A stretch of 63,237 nt of DNA, counting the filler, from Reticulomyxa filosa (taxonomy: Eukaryota > Protista > Foraminifera), in NCBI GenBank assembly GCA_000512085.1. It is 14 parts of 14 records of this genome, joined end to end, with 100 filler letters (N's around TTAATTAATTAA, not from the genome) between each part and the next. Parts side by side here need not be neighbours in the genome. Positions count along the whole stretch, not along the records: positions 12,833 to 33,036 come from ASPP01008045.1; 13 more parts are not named here. The stretch is one strand, 5' to 3'. The notes beneath the pieces were generated by a model, which did not search any database, was not told where the DNA came from, and was given only the letters and a program-made list of their open reading frames with translations. The translations under genes and the position numbers were made by a program. Each line of letters begins with the position of its first letter. Within the stretch, counting starts at the first letter, position 1. Positions 12,833 through 27,859 of the stretch are shown here, piece by piece.

Positions 12833-15800
12833 ATTTCGAATTCTCAGTTATCTGAAAGAGCAGTTGCAAGGCGTGAGTCCGGTGCCAGTTGCAGACATCG
12901 AACAAATTGCCGATCCCGAACATAGCGGAGAGTTCGTTTGATAGCGTGCATGCAACGTTGAATCGCATTGCGAATAATCAGCGAGTGGATCTGACCATCC
13001 GAACGACAGCCTTGGAATTGTTGCTCATGCTTTCAGTGACGAGGGGGACGCTAAGCACATTGCTGTCGGTGTTGTATATACTGTTGTTCCGCTTCGCGGC
13101 GGATCAGGCTTTGAACATGCGGTCGTCACTCGTGCGTCTACGTAAAATGCGTCGCGAAATGCGCTTCAATCTGCCGTCGCAACGCAATCAAGTAATGAAA
13201 GTGAACGTGACGCCCGCCATTGGAAGTCTGCGCAAATTGGCAATGGCCACCGACGATGGCTATCTGTATTGTCACAGCGAACGCGGAATTACCAAAATTG
13301 GAACGGGCTTGAACAACTCGAGTCCCGGCTTTGTGGTCGGACAAATCCGCGAGTATCGCAGCAACGAAAAATCGAGTATTTGTGTGATCGGCGATAAGAT
13401 CTTTTATCGCAGTGCCAATATCGCGCCGGCAAGTTTGATCGTTTTGTCCACGGAAACTTTGACCGAAATCGGGCATGTGCTGCGCAATGGAAAAGGCACG
13501 TATATCACTGCGGATAACAGTCATGTGTGCTTTGGACACAACGAGGTCGAGGAAGAGGAGGAGGAAGATAAAGATGATGAAAAAAAAGATGCGAAGCGAG
13601 GTGGACGCTTGGGCAAATTTCGATCTGGAGAGGATGAAGATAAGAGTGAAGAAGATAAAAGTGAAGAGGATGATGATGAAGACGATGAAGACGATGAAGA
13701 TGAAGATGATGAAGAAGATGATGATGATGATGATGAAGATGAAGATGATAATGGAGGAGAAGAAAAGGATGAAAAAGAGGAAAAAGAACATGCCGATGGG
13801 GACGATCATGAATCCATTCGAAGACGACTGCGTACAATCATGGAACAACTCATCGCTTGGGAAGAAAACGGAGACGAAGACGATGAAAATGAAATGGCCA
13901 CACTCGAAAACGAATATGATCGTCTGATGGATTTACTCCCTCCTGAAATGCAAGACGAAGCCATTGAAGAACAACGACGAAGACGCGAGGGCGGGGCGCA
14001 AGTCAATGCTGACAAGACCAACGAAAAAGAAGAAAAAAAAAATGATGGCATCCCTGCATTCAGTCCCATTTTCACCGATGGCAGATTCTTATTCGCTGTC
14101 GAAGCTAAGAAACCACGAATCGATCCAACCAAAATCGTTCGACCTCCTGGCGCTCTTGGGGATGACGAAGATGAGTCCAAAGCGAACGCGTCCGAATCCA
14201 ACGCGTCGGTCGCTCCACAGGAGGAAAAGACAGACCCACTCGACCCTTCACAAAACGAAAACAAAGACGCTAAAGAAAAAGAGGAGGAAGAAAAGATTAC
14301 CCGAGTTAATCTCACTGTTCATGCTTTTGACCCCGACGAAGAACTCGGCCATTGTCACTCGGTTATCTTGAAAAGACCGCCACCAAAAACCGAAGAGCAT
14401 GTTTTAAACTTTGTCGTTCCGGGTATGTTGCTGCGCGTCATCTTTTATTAATTTGTTTAATTTGTGTGTTGATTGAACAACGAAGCATTTACTTTGTAAT
14501 AATGATACGTGTATAATATAATAAATGTATGTGTGTTTAAATGGAAAAAGACGAAATAAGCGAAAAGCGAAAGAAAGCCAGTGGAAACGTAGTCAAAAAA
14601 AGCGTTCGAAATAAAGACAATACCTCGTGCATTGATTTGGGATGTCCGAAACAATTGAACTTTAGTGGTTCCACTACAATGGAATGCTGGGTGCGATTTC
14701 CAGATGCCGAAGCGAGACAGGTTTTTTTTTTTTGAGGGATTCAGTAATATAAAAGATATACATATATTTATGACTAATTAAAAAAAAAAATTTTTTTTTG
14801 AATGAAAACAATCTCAGACCATTCAACATCTATTCCATCATGGAGATGGCGATTACGCAACCTATTTGAATTTGCAAAAGAAACACATTTACTGCGGCTC
14901 GTCCACGCCCATGGGCACGATATCCGGCAATGCGACCACACAGGCGGACATGTCTCAATGGACACACATTGCGGCTACATTCGATGCAAACGACACAACC
15001 TGGCGCATCTACGTGAACGGTACACTGATTACAGCGACTCCCTCTCCGGGCAATGTAGGATGTGCTCCTCAGGCCAATGGCAAGAACTGGACCATTGGCA
15101 GTATCCCGGACAATCCATTCTGCGGACAGATGTGTGATATCCGCATTTGGAGCTGCGCTTGCACCGAAGATCAGATCAAAAAAAACATGAAAGCACGCGT
15201 GGAAGACATTATTGCACAGCCACACTTGCAAGGATTTTGGCCTTGCAACGATGGCTTGGGACTCTTTGTTCGAGATTTGTCTGTGTATAACCATTATGGA
15301 TTTGTCAAAGATTGCGAATGGAAGAATGAGCCAAGACCTTACCCTTTGCGAATCTCCACCGCGGAAGCCGAGTCTGTCCAAGACTTTAGTCCGCAAGTAA
15401 CGGTGACAGCTACTTTTTATACCAACGGAGAGACCTTGGTTATTGCATATCCCTCGGGCACGTTTTGGAATCGTAGCTATCAAGGAGTCGCGCAAAAGTT
15501 TTCATTGAATAATGGATGGTTGCAAGACGAGTTAGAATACGATGACTTTCAAAGTATTGAATCGGCCTGTTTCACGAGCGATGGTAAGAGCGTTTGGATG
15601 TTCACTTCAAGCTCAACAGCCTCTGCTGCCACATATCATACCATGGAACCTCCCACAAGTTTTGTATGAGAGCATTGCCAATAATGTTATATTTACATAG
15701 TTTTATAAACTTGTGAACATCTCGCCATCTCACAAAAAGCAACAAATAAAACACTGCACATTTGGAACGCATAAATAGCAATCAGTCAATGGCGAGCAGA

Positions 15801-18800
15801 TCGCATGCAAGACGTAATCGACGAAAGTCAGCAATTGACCTGTCAAAAGCTGTTGAAACGCTATGGTTTGGTGGGTGTGGATATAACGTCCACGGAGACG
15901 ACCAAAGCAACTGCGGATGGCAATGACGACGAGATTCCAGACAGCCAAAAGAGCGTAAGTGTGGTGCCGACCAGAGGAGAAGCGTTGAGCGAGACAGTTT
16001 CAGCCACACTGACACTTTCGAATATAATTGTCAAACTTGATAACGATTGTGAGGCCCTTCGCACTGTTGACACGTCACAAAAAGTACCAATGTCATTATC
16101 TATTCCCTTTGGAGTCGATTTGAATACGCAAACTTTTGAGTCGCTGCTAGACATTGCCGAGCGTCTAACGGATGAATTTTACAGCAAAGAGTGGACGGGT
16201 CCAAAAGAAGTGCTTCCGTCCGACGGAGAAACCTCAGGCGATTATTCCCGAGAAAACTTGGAAGAGGTGCGTATGATCGCTCTGCTGACAATAATCCGAG
16301 TATTGCGCACGAACATTATCCATTTGGTAACATGGAATGTGGATCCGACCTCGTGTGGATTCAACAAACACAAGACCAATGAATTTGGAATCACATTGAA
16401 AGACACGATGACCATTCGAGAACGCTACGTCACTCTATTGAATCGTCTGGTGTTTGATCGTCCTGTTCGAGCAAAACCTAAGTTGCTGGAAGATGCTGTT
16501 CACACCGAAGTGGCCGAGTGCTTGAGTATCGGCTTGTCTGTGTTTTATATGGACCCGATTGATCGTGTCGGTATACTGTTTGATCACGTCGAAGGATGTC
16601 TCAATACTAGCTTGCCCAACCCATTGCGCTTGCTTTTAGCTAGTCGTTACTTTGATTGTTTGACGCAGCCACATAATTTGATCGGATTGGTACCAGCGTT
16701 GATTACCATTTACAAGAAAGGAAAAGATTCATCCATGTATCCACGTTGTTTGTTATTGCATAGTGTGTTACAATTGATCATTCAAGATGCCAAGACTGCA
16801 ATGGAGCATCATTTACGTACCCCAAATGCAAATGCAAATACAAATGCAAATACAAATACAAATTCAAGTATAAATGTAGATGCCAGTGCAAGTTTTCTCG
16901 CAATCGATCGCAGCAAAGAAATTCATGCCATTGGAGAAAGCTCATTGCCAAAGCTGTCCACAAAGGATTTGAAAAACACATTGCGACAATTTTTAGCGCG
17001 CATGGAAATCTGCCTGTTCAACAACGAAATAGGAAAAAACGAAAAAGATACGTATACTAACTATGCCTTGCCTTACGCGTTTAAATTGATAGACAGTTGT
17101 TCCGAGTTGATTGAGTTTATAAACTCGAAGAAGTCCACATTGGAATTGCATGTTCAGGCTTCTCTGGTTAAAATTTTTGAAGAAAGGATTGGCGAGCTGT
17201 TGCCCCCAATCATTAACGTCATGTGGGGCATGACCATCGACCCTAAATTGGCCAGTCAGATATTACCGCACATCCACCGCGTATTGATCGCATTGAACGT
17301 ATTGATGAGTGACCTGCCAAACACTTTGGTGTCGGAAAGAGACTTTGTCTCCGGAAAGCACGAGCGCATTGTCGTAGACCGGTCGATGACAGCAGAAAGC
17401 ACACACCCAGCGCAAAGAGGCACGACGGAGAAGACAGTATCAATTCCAGGAACGAAAATGTTGAAGTTGACAATTGATGCACAGACCTTTGACGCAAAAG
17501 CGCCCGGAGCATCGTTAACCTTGTATCGCCGTCCCAACCAACAAGACCCAATCGAAGGAGCGAACTTTGTCACTGCACCGAACAAGCCCATCTTCGTGAG
17601 CGGAGATACGCTTACAATTGTATACAACAGTGGTTATCAATCCAATGCCTGGGGATTTAAAGTGACAGTGTCTGGCACCACGGAAGAGGTACGTTATGAA
17701 TTGCCATGGGTGTTGGATTTGGCCAAGAGCTGCGCTTTGCTGGCAAGCAAATGTGCAGGTGTGTATATCGCCGCGCCATCGATGATGGTGGAGACGGAAT
17801 TGGATCGATCCACACTCGATTGGTTGGAAAACGATTTATTATCTCAAGGTATTGAATACGACGAAAAACGAGATGCGAAAGAAAGAGAATCGCTTAGCTT
17901 CTTACCGCACCAACTCAGTCCCGTTCTGAAAAAGTACTGGGAGGATGGCGAAAAGCGCTTTGACGTGCGTGACAGCAGTGGCCAAGAGGCAACCGATTAT
18001 CTGCAAGTGGCCCTCAAACTGGCACCTGTTTTATCGCACATTCCCTTCCAACGCTTCCCCTTGCCCAGTTCCGAAGTGGAGGATCAAGTTCACAATGCCG
18101 TGGTCCACGTCTTTGCCGTGTTGATCAAACACAATCTACTTGCCAAAACCGCCATGAAAATGCTAGGCGATGAAAATGTCGCTGTCGTCGCTACTGACGC
18201 CAGACCGAAACGACACGCATTCATTCCCGACAGCATTTTGCGTGTTTGGAAGACAGCTCAAAAACTGCGCGGATGGCTTGTTCAAAAGTTTCAGGCAGAA
18301 TTGAGTGCGAAACAGGCTGAAGTGACACGTCGAATGCAACAAATGAAAGAAGAAAAAAAGACCGATGGCACAAAGGCACCAGCCACGCAGAGCGCGAACA
18401 AAGAATCAGGGCGCACCAAACAATCAAAAAAAGAAAAGAAGAAAAATAAAAAGAAAAAAAAAAAGGAAAGGCAAAGGACAAGAACAAGGACTGGAACAAA
18501 AGCAAGGAGACGAGGTCGAACAAAAAGAAGAGGGAAAAAAGAAACAAAAAAATAAGAAGAAAAAAGATAAAAAGAAGGAAAGCGACCAAAGTCGAGAGGA
18601 CGCAAAAGCGCAATCGAAAAACAAAGAAAAAAAAGGGAGTGAAAAGAGCATGGAAGAAAAGATAATGCAAAAGAAAATGGAGGAAATGAAGAAAACCAGT
18701 GGAATGGCGGAGCACACCTCCAATGACAATCCCGAGAAAAAGTCGAAAAAGGAATTGAAAAAAGAAAGAAAAGAAGAAAAGCGTGCAATGCAATCAGCGG

Positions 18801-19746
18801 CAAGTGGTTCGCTTACTCAATTGAAGCACGAACAACAATTGTTGGTCCAAAGTGAGGACCACGAGGAAAAAGTCGAACTTGCCACCGACGCAAACGACAC
18901 CGCTGTGAGCGAAGAGAACGTCCTTGTGGACAAGGCCAAGTTGTACCATGATATTTGCGCGGAGATTGAGACTCGTTGCAAATTTTTGTTAAAAGTATTG
19001 GCAGTGCAACCCGAAGTATTGGAAGACTTGTCTATGTCTACGTTGATGAGGAATAAGTCTGCAGATGATTCTTCCCTTTCAGGTAATAATAACAACAACA
19101 GCAGTTCGGATAAAACTCAATCTGCCACTGCAGCTCTCATGGCGTGGCACAGTACCAAAGAGGGCGTGGAACTGCGATCTGCCAGCGCCGAACAAAGATA
19201 CTCGATCGTGTGGAAATTGGTGCTAAAATTTATGGACACAGATAAAATCGAAACGCAGAAACTGATCGCTCGTATCGAAACTGATCGTGTGCGTGCGCGC
19301 CTGCGCAGCTTTGGATTCCGAGTCCTGCGTGTGTTGATGGAGGAATGCGCGAGCAACTTTAGCATTGTGAAGAGAGAGCTGTTGCATTTTTTGATTCCCT
19401 CGCTGCAAGAGTCACATGCTTTTGCATTTGTCGGACAAGCACCGAGCATCTTTGCTGGACTGTCTCCGATCGGCTATGGACTAACGGACGACTTGTTGGA
19501 TGCAACACACTACTTGTATTCGTTACTTATCCAGTACTTGAAAAATCCAATGAAATGCGGGTCGCACTTTATTCAGGCCACCTTGTATTCCTTTGCGTTG
19601 GACTCGAGTCGACGTGAGTTTGAATTGATGAATCGCGTAGGGATCTTTGACGCACTCAAAATCCTGTTGGATCATGGCACGCAGGAAAGCAAGAAAGACG
19701 AAACCAATGAAAAGAAAGAAGAAAAAAAAACGAATCCGAAAATAAG

Positions 19747-19791
<45 letters not shown>

Positions 19792-22700
19792 AACAATACG
19801 TCCAAGAATGAAGAAGATAAGAATGCATTGGTGATCCAAGGAGGATACCAAACATCTGCATGGTCGTTATTGGAAATGCTAGCATCCATAACCATGTCCA
19901 TTCGACAAGGCCAAGGTGTCCCTCATCACAAGAGCGACGAGCGGATGAACTCGTATTTGGAAAACATCCATTTGATGGTATTGGAACAGTTGGACAAGAT
20001 CTCCCAAATCAATCCCGGACAACCTGGATCTTGGGTGCCGCAATTGCCGCCCGAATACGAAATCAAGTTTGCTAAGAAGAAAGAAAAGGAAGACGTGCTG
20101 ATGTCGCGCAAAGTGGCGACGGTGTCGACATACGGTATCGCAACGGCGGCAGCGACGGGATTGACCGAAGAAGCGGAAGACGAGGAAGAGGACACGGACG
20201 TGTTAGGAAATAGTAACAATGTAGTCGAGCAAACCACGACATCGGAAGAATCGTTCCATGTGCGAGTGCTCAATTTGGTGGAGGAGTTGTGCGAAACGCA
20301 ATCCAATATCACCGGCAAACAGGAAGAGGAGGAAGAGAAGAAAGAGGATTCCAAGAGTCTAGAAAAGCAATCTGGAGGCTATACCGCGTTGGATTTGTTT
20401 TCAAAAAAAAGAGGTTTGTCGGCTTTGCTGCGTTTGTTATGGAATGGCTCTCCGCGCACGAGAGTGGTGACTTTGCGCATTCTCAGACATGTGCTGGCTT
20501 CTCATAATGCGCCGCAATGGAAGCTATTGGACGAATGTGACAATGCCAAGCGCAGTGGCAATGGCGACGACGAGATACAATCGATGTTCATTAGTCGATT
20601 GTTGCAAGACATTGGACGGGTATTATGTGCACCAATATTTGCGTGCTATTTCGATGGAAAGCAAGACAGCTCGGCGGTAAGTAGCACGTATCAAAAGTTA
20701 TGGGAGTATATGTCGAATATGAATCTGCCGTTACTGTATTCCAGCGACTTTGTTTCAGTGTGTGCGGAAGAGATAATGTTGCTGCGTCATTTGTTACGAA
20801 AAGCAACAACGTCGTGGCAGTCGATAATTGGATCGACGATTCAAAAGTCGCTCCACTATTTGGCAAAACAAAGCAAAAACTTGGACATTGGTGATGAATT
20901 GCTTCAATGCGTTGGGGCGCTGGGCCTGCTGGGTGGATACGTGGACAACATCCGTGTCGGCAGTCGAGTGTATTACGCCCCCGAAGACGTCATCGCTGTG
21001 GTTACGAGTCGTTCGGTCACGAAAAACCGACTCACTCTGATTCGAGAAGTGGAAGGATCTGTGATTGACAAGGCCGCCACTCAAGAAGTGGTAGCGTTAG
21101 GAGACGAGCCTTTCGATGTTACCAACTTCCCCAAGTCTATTCAATGGTCCAAAATAATGGAATACTTGGTGGGAGCATTGTCATGGAAGTCAGAGGCGGG
21201 CCAATTCGAGGTATTCAAAGACAAGATTGATGTGATGAATGTGCTGTGTCTCCGCATCCAAAGTCTGTGTGGCCAAGCTTTGAATGGCCTGCTATTGAAT
21301 GGAGACCTGTTGCAACTATTTATGCAGTCGTTTGCGTCCAATGGCGTGAAAGTGCTAACCGACATTGCATTCACGCGCACGCATCATTCGTGCGAGGTGC
21401 CCACAAGCGTGCTGTGCGATCGCGGACACATTTTGACCAATGAGTCGTTGCGAAGAAGTCGCAAGTACGAAGCAGTAGAACTGAGCATCGAACACACCGC
21501 AGCATTGAACGTGCGAGTGAAAAAGCCCAACGTCGAGTTCTTGGCCGAATTCACATGTCTGGGCAAACACTTGGAACAGCATCATCAAGGTGTCACCGGC
21601 CTAAGCGAGTCGACCAAGGGCAGTGTCAAAGGCCTGTTGAGCTATATTCAGTTGAACGAAGAGCCCACCGTTGACAAATGTCGAAACAAGATTGTCATGA
21701 TCGATACGTATGGCAAATTCAAAGCCCGTTTGCGAAAGGCCAAAGAGTTTGGTGCCATTGCCGTGATCTTGGCCTTGCACTCCAAGAAGGCATCGAGCGA
21801 AAACTTGCAAATCAAAGCCGAAATTGAAAAGAAGCCAAAGAAGTCCACCAAGCCTGCGAATGCTACCAACGTGGTGGAATTAGCAACGCAAAGCGCGATT
21901 ATGGACTTGAATCCTACTCGCAATCGACAAATACGTACGGAAAGATCGCTTGTCGGAAGTGGGTTTGAAGTGAGAGACGATATCAGCAGTGCGATGATAG
22001 AGGACTCCACATTAACCACTACCGCCACTACCACCACTCTAAAAAAAGACGACAAGGCCGAGCGCAACGAAGCCGATGATATCGAAGCCATCAAAAATCT
22101 GTTGATTGTGGCCGTGCCTCAAAGCGCCGCCAAAACTCTACGCTTACTGCTGGGCGTGAAACGAACAATCATCCCAGCATTTTGAATCGCCAAATGATGA
22201 TCCAAGAACTGATCAAAACGCGAGGTCACAGCAAGCAATTGGCAAAGCGAGCACTCAAAAAAGACGGCAATACCACAATTGAGGCTGCCGATGCGTGGAT
22301 CAAAGCCAACAAAGAGTGGCTACTCCAAACAATTGAAATCGAGGAAGAAAAGCAGAAGGAACAAAAGATCCAAGAGGCCAAGCGCTCCAAAACCACGTCT
22401 GCGGATCAACTAAAAATGGTTTCGTTAGAAGAGCTAACCACGGACCAAAACCATGCTTCGAACCAATGGAACTTGGCCGAAAAGTGGAAAGATTTTGAAG
22501 ATGCGACATTGCGCAACTTGGCCAGTGGATCTTCGACACAAGTATCAACCCAGGCCGGGGATCCTTGGGGAAACAGCTCTAGCACTTTGGACTTTTTCAC
22601 TCGTGTTGACGAATACGACAATGTCGAGCCCAATGCGGCATCCAAAGAGTGGTTCAATATAATGATTTATCAGCCCACGCATGACTTGCTCTACTATGTG

Positions 22701-25700
22701 CTGGCCACCGACCACGCTTTGTGTGTTCATGCCATTCGTCGTGCTTTGCTATCCCTGTTCATACAAGTGTCGCTGCACAACATTGTAACGCCCAAAGAAT
22801 TTGAGCAAATCTTGCACATTTGCTTGTCCTTGCGTCCACATCCTGCCGCCGAGTTGGATGCCGTGAACTCGATGAAGCCGATGGATATTACTGGAAGATT
22901 GGTGCGATGTCTGCGTGATGAGCAAGCGAAGAGCGACGGAGATAGATTTTATTTGAATACGTTGATGAGCTGCGCGCAATCAATTTTGCGAAACTTGTGT
23001 ACCAATCGTCAAGTGTTTCGTAAAAAAAAGGGCAAGAAAGGGACGGATGATCCAAGTACATCACAAGATGGAGATGATATGACCACAGTCAAACGCTTGA
23101 TCGCACCTGTGCATGGTCGAACAAACCGTCATGGAGGATACAACAGTCGTGAAGAAGAGGCTCGAGTGAAGGCTTTGCTGTATGAATGGCCAGGCACGGA
23201 AAAACTTAAACTCATTGTAGCAGGAGACCCGTCGCTGACCAATATGGGCACCACTTGTGTCTCCGTCTTCCAAGATCCAAACAAAAAGAAATTAATTGCC
23301 AAGTTCATTGTCACGCCCTTTGACTTTACACGACACGTACAAGTGATTGAAGGCAACAAGTTCTATTACACAGTCACTTCCACCAGTTGGTACACCGGAT
23401 GTCCTCCAGCCGAAGTTACGTTCACCGTTATGGATTTGAGCAGTGATTTTGGCATATCGGAGTCGGAAGTATTGGAAGGAACCATTTATAGCGCTTTGGT
23501 GTTTATCAATGCAATGCTGGTCGCAAGGGTCATTAGTCTGGACATTGTCTTGCTGCAGCTCTTGCGCAGCTTGGAACATGCGATGGATCGCAAAGCCGCT
23601 CAAGCTATTGCTCGCATTGCCACGTGCATTGCCAATCAATGGCATTTTATCCCACGTTTGGATAACAAGCAATTGAGTGATAACGTAATTACCCTCATTG
23701 ACCAATCCATTGACCATTTGGAAACTTCTCATGAGGGATTGCGTCTCTGGACTTTGACGCAATGGAGCAGTGGGTCATTGCCGGGACCACATATCCAAAC
23801 ACTATTGGAATTGCTGCTAGCCGTGCGAAGTGTCATTCCAAAACAAAGCAAAGAAAAGAGCGAACATGAAGAAAAGGAAACCAAATCCGAAAACGATGAA
23901 CAGAAAACAGGGGTCAAGAAAGTACCGGAAAATGTGGTGAAAGCGTTTGCCAAGCATCGAGACGGTCCTTCGAAATGTACAATTATTACATTGATGTACG
24001 AAAAAGTAATGTCTTCCCGAACACTATCAACCAAGCCGGATCCTCATAATCGCTATTTCATTGACGACTTTGTCGCAAATGTAAGTGTGAGAGGCGGAAA
24101 ATGGTATTTCGAATGCAAGTTCACCGGACAATGCAATTACGCGTGTGTGGGCGTCATTGCTCGCAATTACCGCAAACGAAGCAACAATGGCATTAGCAAC
24201 GACGACAGTGGAAACTCGTGGTGTGTCACTGGACCAAAGACCACCTTTATGCACCGAAATCGTTCGATTCAGCCCATCCGCGGGGACTCAGGTGACTTTG
24301 CACGGCCTAATTGGGGCTCTGGAATCGTCATCGGAGTGAAGCTGAATTTGGACGACAAATTTATGGAATTCACATTCGACGGACTGCCTTCTGGAAATGT
24401 GTTTAGTGGCATTGAATGCGAAGAGGGTTTATTCCCTTGCGTGTCCTTAAATCAAAACTCCCAATGTGTTATCAACATGGGCTTGGAAGAGTTTGCCTTC
24501 CCTCCCAACCCCAACGAAGGCTACGTGCCTTTTGAACATGCCGGTATCTTGTCGTCTTCGTGGTTGAATCGCTATCAATTGGCCAGCGACGTTACCATGT
24601 TTTTGACGAAACGAGCCACGCTCCCTGACAACATTGTGGACAGTGCATTAACTGGCGAGGCGTCATTGGAGTACTCGCATAAGATGAGATTTGAAGTGGT
24701 CAAATCCAATGCCATTCGTGGTGCCAACGCCGATACCATTTTGCAAGATAACACGTTATCTGCTCGATCGACGAAACCGGAAAACACCAACATTACCTTT
24801 AAGGTGCCAGGTCATGAGACCGTGGAATTTTTGCTGCGAGGCGTCAATGTACGATGTCCGACCAGCGTCACCGCGTTCAAAATGTTTGTCTTTGTTGGCA
24901 ACAACGATCCGGACTTTGATTCGTTTGAATGGTGCCGACATTGGGATCAGAAAGCCTTTGACAGCTTCGAGTCTCGAAAGCGTGCCACCAATGCGACATT
25001 GAGAAAACCGCACGAACCAGTTGGATTTATGGAGAACACTGGCAGCACTGGTTATATCAAGCTGACCCCTCCAGTCGCCGGCAAGTTTGTGACTCTAAAG
25101 TTTGTTGCTCGTGACAGAGGCGACTTTGGCAGTCTAAGCATTGAGTACATATCATTTGATTGCATACACGGATCGCATCCATTGGCAAGTTTGATTGGCG
25201 ATCACGAAAGAGCTGTGAAACGACGTGCGGAAATTATTCATGCTTTGAAAGGTACAATTCAAGCAAAATGCGGCAATTGGAGTCTGCCAATGGACGAAGC
25301 ATTGACTGAAATGTCTCAAATGGTTGCCACACGCTTGGGTGTGGAAGTTACCACTTTGGACGCGGTCATGTTGATTCCTAACAAAGATGACGTGAACCGA
25401 TTCAAAAGATTGATCACTGTCGAAAGTGAGGAGTTGCAAGGAAGATTTGCTATCGTCAAGTATTTGAATAAATTGGTCACTCCTTTATTGCATTACATTG
25501 ATGTTACATTATTTGCCGATGACGAAGAAAATGGGACAGGCACCAGCTCGTTGACGTCATTTGCCACCTCGTTTTTATCCGCGCTGGCACGCAATCAAAC
25601 CTCGCAAGGAAATCGGCAGTCGGGCAATTCCTCCACTTCCCCTCCTTCTGCAGAGGAAAGCAAGAGAGAATTGACCATGGAGTTGGTACCATCTTCATCT

Positions 25701-26990
25701 TTATCTTCCCAGATTTACACGTTGAAAGGTTGCTATTTCATGAGCACCAAAAAATCGGTGTTTGACACTTTGCTCTCAAGCTCGTGTGTTTTCAGTCAAC
25801 GAAATCGTCCGCGAATCTCCATTAACCGTATCAAAGCGGCCAGGGCCCGAGAGAACAAAAACGACCCGACCGGTCTGAAATCTACTTTTGGACAGTTGTT
25901 CAGCCAATTGAAAAACATTCGCTACAGTACCTTCCGCGGAATCTCGGGTCAACAACTTTGGAACGTGCAATTCATTGGGGAAGGTTCCACTGATATTGGT
26001 GGGCCTTATCGAGAGTCGCTCACAAACGCCATTAGCGATTTGCAAAGCGATGCTGTACCATTATTTATCCTTAGTCCTAACGGTAGAAATAGCGTGGGAT
26101 TGAATCGTGAAAAGTGGATTCCCAATCCCTCTTGCACGTCGTCCTTGCATCTCAGCATGTACGAATTTGTTGGTGTGTTGATGGGAATTGCCTTACGCAC
26201 CAAGCAAACTTTGGGATTTGATTTGCCTTCCATTGTGTGGAAGCAACTATTGCCTGATGAAAAGGTCGATATCACAGACTTGGAAGCAATTGACAAATTG
26301 TGTGTTCAAGCTTTGAATGAATTGGAGAAAATTGACGAAAAATCCTTCAATTATGTCGTGTATGAAAGATTTACAACACAGCTGAGTGATGGCACAGAAA
26401 TTGAATTGAAAGAAAATGGAAAGAGTATTGACGTAACCAAGAAGAACTTGTCCGAGTTTGTCTCCCTTGTAATTAAAAAAAGATTGAATGAGGCATCAGA
26501 GCAATTGAAATCAATTGCCAAAGGTTTGAATCAAGTCGTTCCTGCCCGCATGTTGTCTTTGTTCAGTTGGTATGACCTCGAGATATTGGTTTGCGGCAAT
26601 CCGAACATTGACGTGGAGGCATTGCGCCGTCATACTGTTTATCAAGGAGGGTTATCATCTTCATCAGATGTCGTGAAATTCTTTTGGAAGACCTTATATG
26701 CTTTTTCACAGGAAGAAAGGCAACTATTCTTAAGATTTGTTTGGGGAAGAAATAGATTGCCACTTACTGAAAACGACTGGCACTCAAATTTCGCTATCAA
26801 AGCCCTCAATACAAACGAGGATTCGTTGCCAATTGCTCATACATGCTTCTTCAGCATTGATTTACCACCTTATTCTTCATTTGAATTGTGTCGCGACAAA
26901 TTACGCTTTGCTATTCATAACTGCCAGGCCATTGACATTGATTTTGATCCAACTTCATCTTCTTTACAAGCGTGGGTGGACGATTTTTAA
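12833..26990 (+). CDS. Giant HECT-type E3 ubiquitin ligase, HERC1/HECTD4-like (5'-partial, >4,500 aa)
   Basis: C-terminal HECT domain (FGQLF...WNVQFIGEGSTDIGGPYRE...LPIAHTCFFSIDLPPYSS, catalytic Cys present). Upstream: SPRY ~24070-24510, UBA-like ~22195-22320, PA-like ~21616-22150, CUB-like ~17395-17690, LamG ~14620-15330. In-phase GT-AG introns at 14423-14550, 14721-14817 and 15659-15778. Three single-base frame breaks at homopolymers (~18460, ~19725, ~22158). Confidence 0.88.
13550..13790 (+). repeat. GAT/GAA trinucleotide-rich tract encoding a poly-Asp/Glu segment of the HECT ligase
   Basis: Visible (GAT)n/(GAA)n run, translating as EEDDDEDDEDDEDEDDEEDDDDDDEDEDD. Confidence 0.85.
19747..19790 (+). 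repeat. (AAC)n microsatellite encoding poly-Asn in the HECT ligase
   Basis: About 14 perfect AAC units, in frame with the downstream ORF starting at 19828. Confidence 0.85.
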
Positions 26991-27859
26991 ACAAAATTTT
27001 TTGTTAAATTCACAGGGTTTGTTGATTACCATTTGATTTCCGAAATAATAGACTTGGTTTAATTTTTTTTACAACGTTTGAATATTTCAAAACACTCTCA
27101 TAAACTCTTTGCATCTCGCATAAAATCCTTAATGCACATTTTGTTATCGAAAATTACTCAATAATTGCACGTCTTTCAAAAGTACGACACCTGGCAGCTG
27201 ATATTGTGAGATTGAGTCTGTTCCATCAATTATAAAAGATATCCTGATTTTGTTTGAAGGCACTCTTGTGTCATTCAAATCAAGTAAGCAGCAATAATTT
27301 GTTCAACTCTTATTTATCTTCAAGAGACGGTCAGGAATCAAAAAGAGTATTTGGACATAACGCTATTATTTCAAAAGATTTTATTTATTTGTCTTTTTAC
27401 CAAATTATCGTGCTATGAAAAGGAAATTGAGACGACAAACACGAACGAATCAATTCCAAAAGTTCAAGAGTAATCACAAAACTGAAAAACATTTTTAAAG
27501 TTTGCACTTCGGATACAAAGACAACATTTGGACGAGAAAATTTGCAAAACGGTCTCACTGCAGCAAAACAATCAAAAATCTTCTCAAAAAATACAGATAA
27601 AATTATATAAATCAATGCATTAATTGCGGTAGAAGAACTATCACAGAAAAGGCTTTGTATAAAGTGATACAAGTGATTGTTGAATTTTTTCTTCAACTGC
27701 AAATATCATTTTTATCAGGTTATTCACAAAACCTTACTGTGAGAAATACTTGAATGAAAAAGCTGTAATTGTGATTTTTGATTACACAAGCAACAAGACA
27801 GATAGAAAATTTCATTTGGCGAGAGTGTTAGTTTGAAAGAGAAATTCAGAGGAAAAGAT

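Noticed and set aside
9781-26990. APC1 next to a HECT ligase as a ubiquitin-pathway cluster
   Set aside because: They lie on different contigs separated by an artificial spacer.
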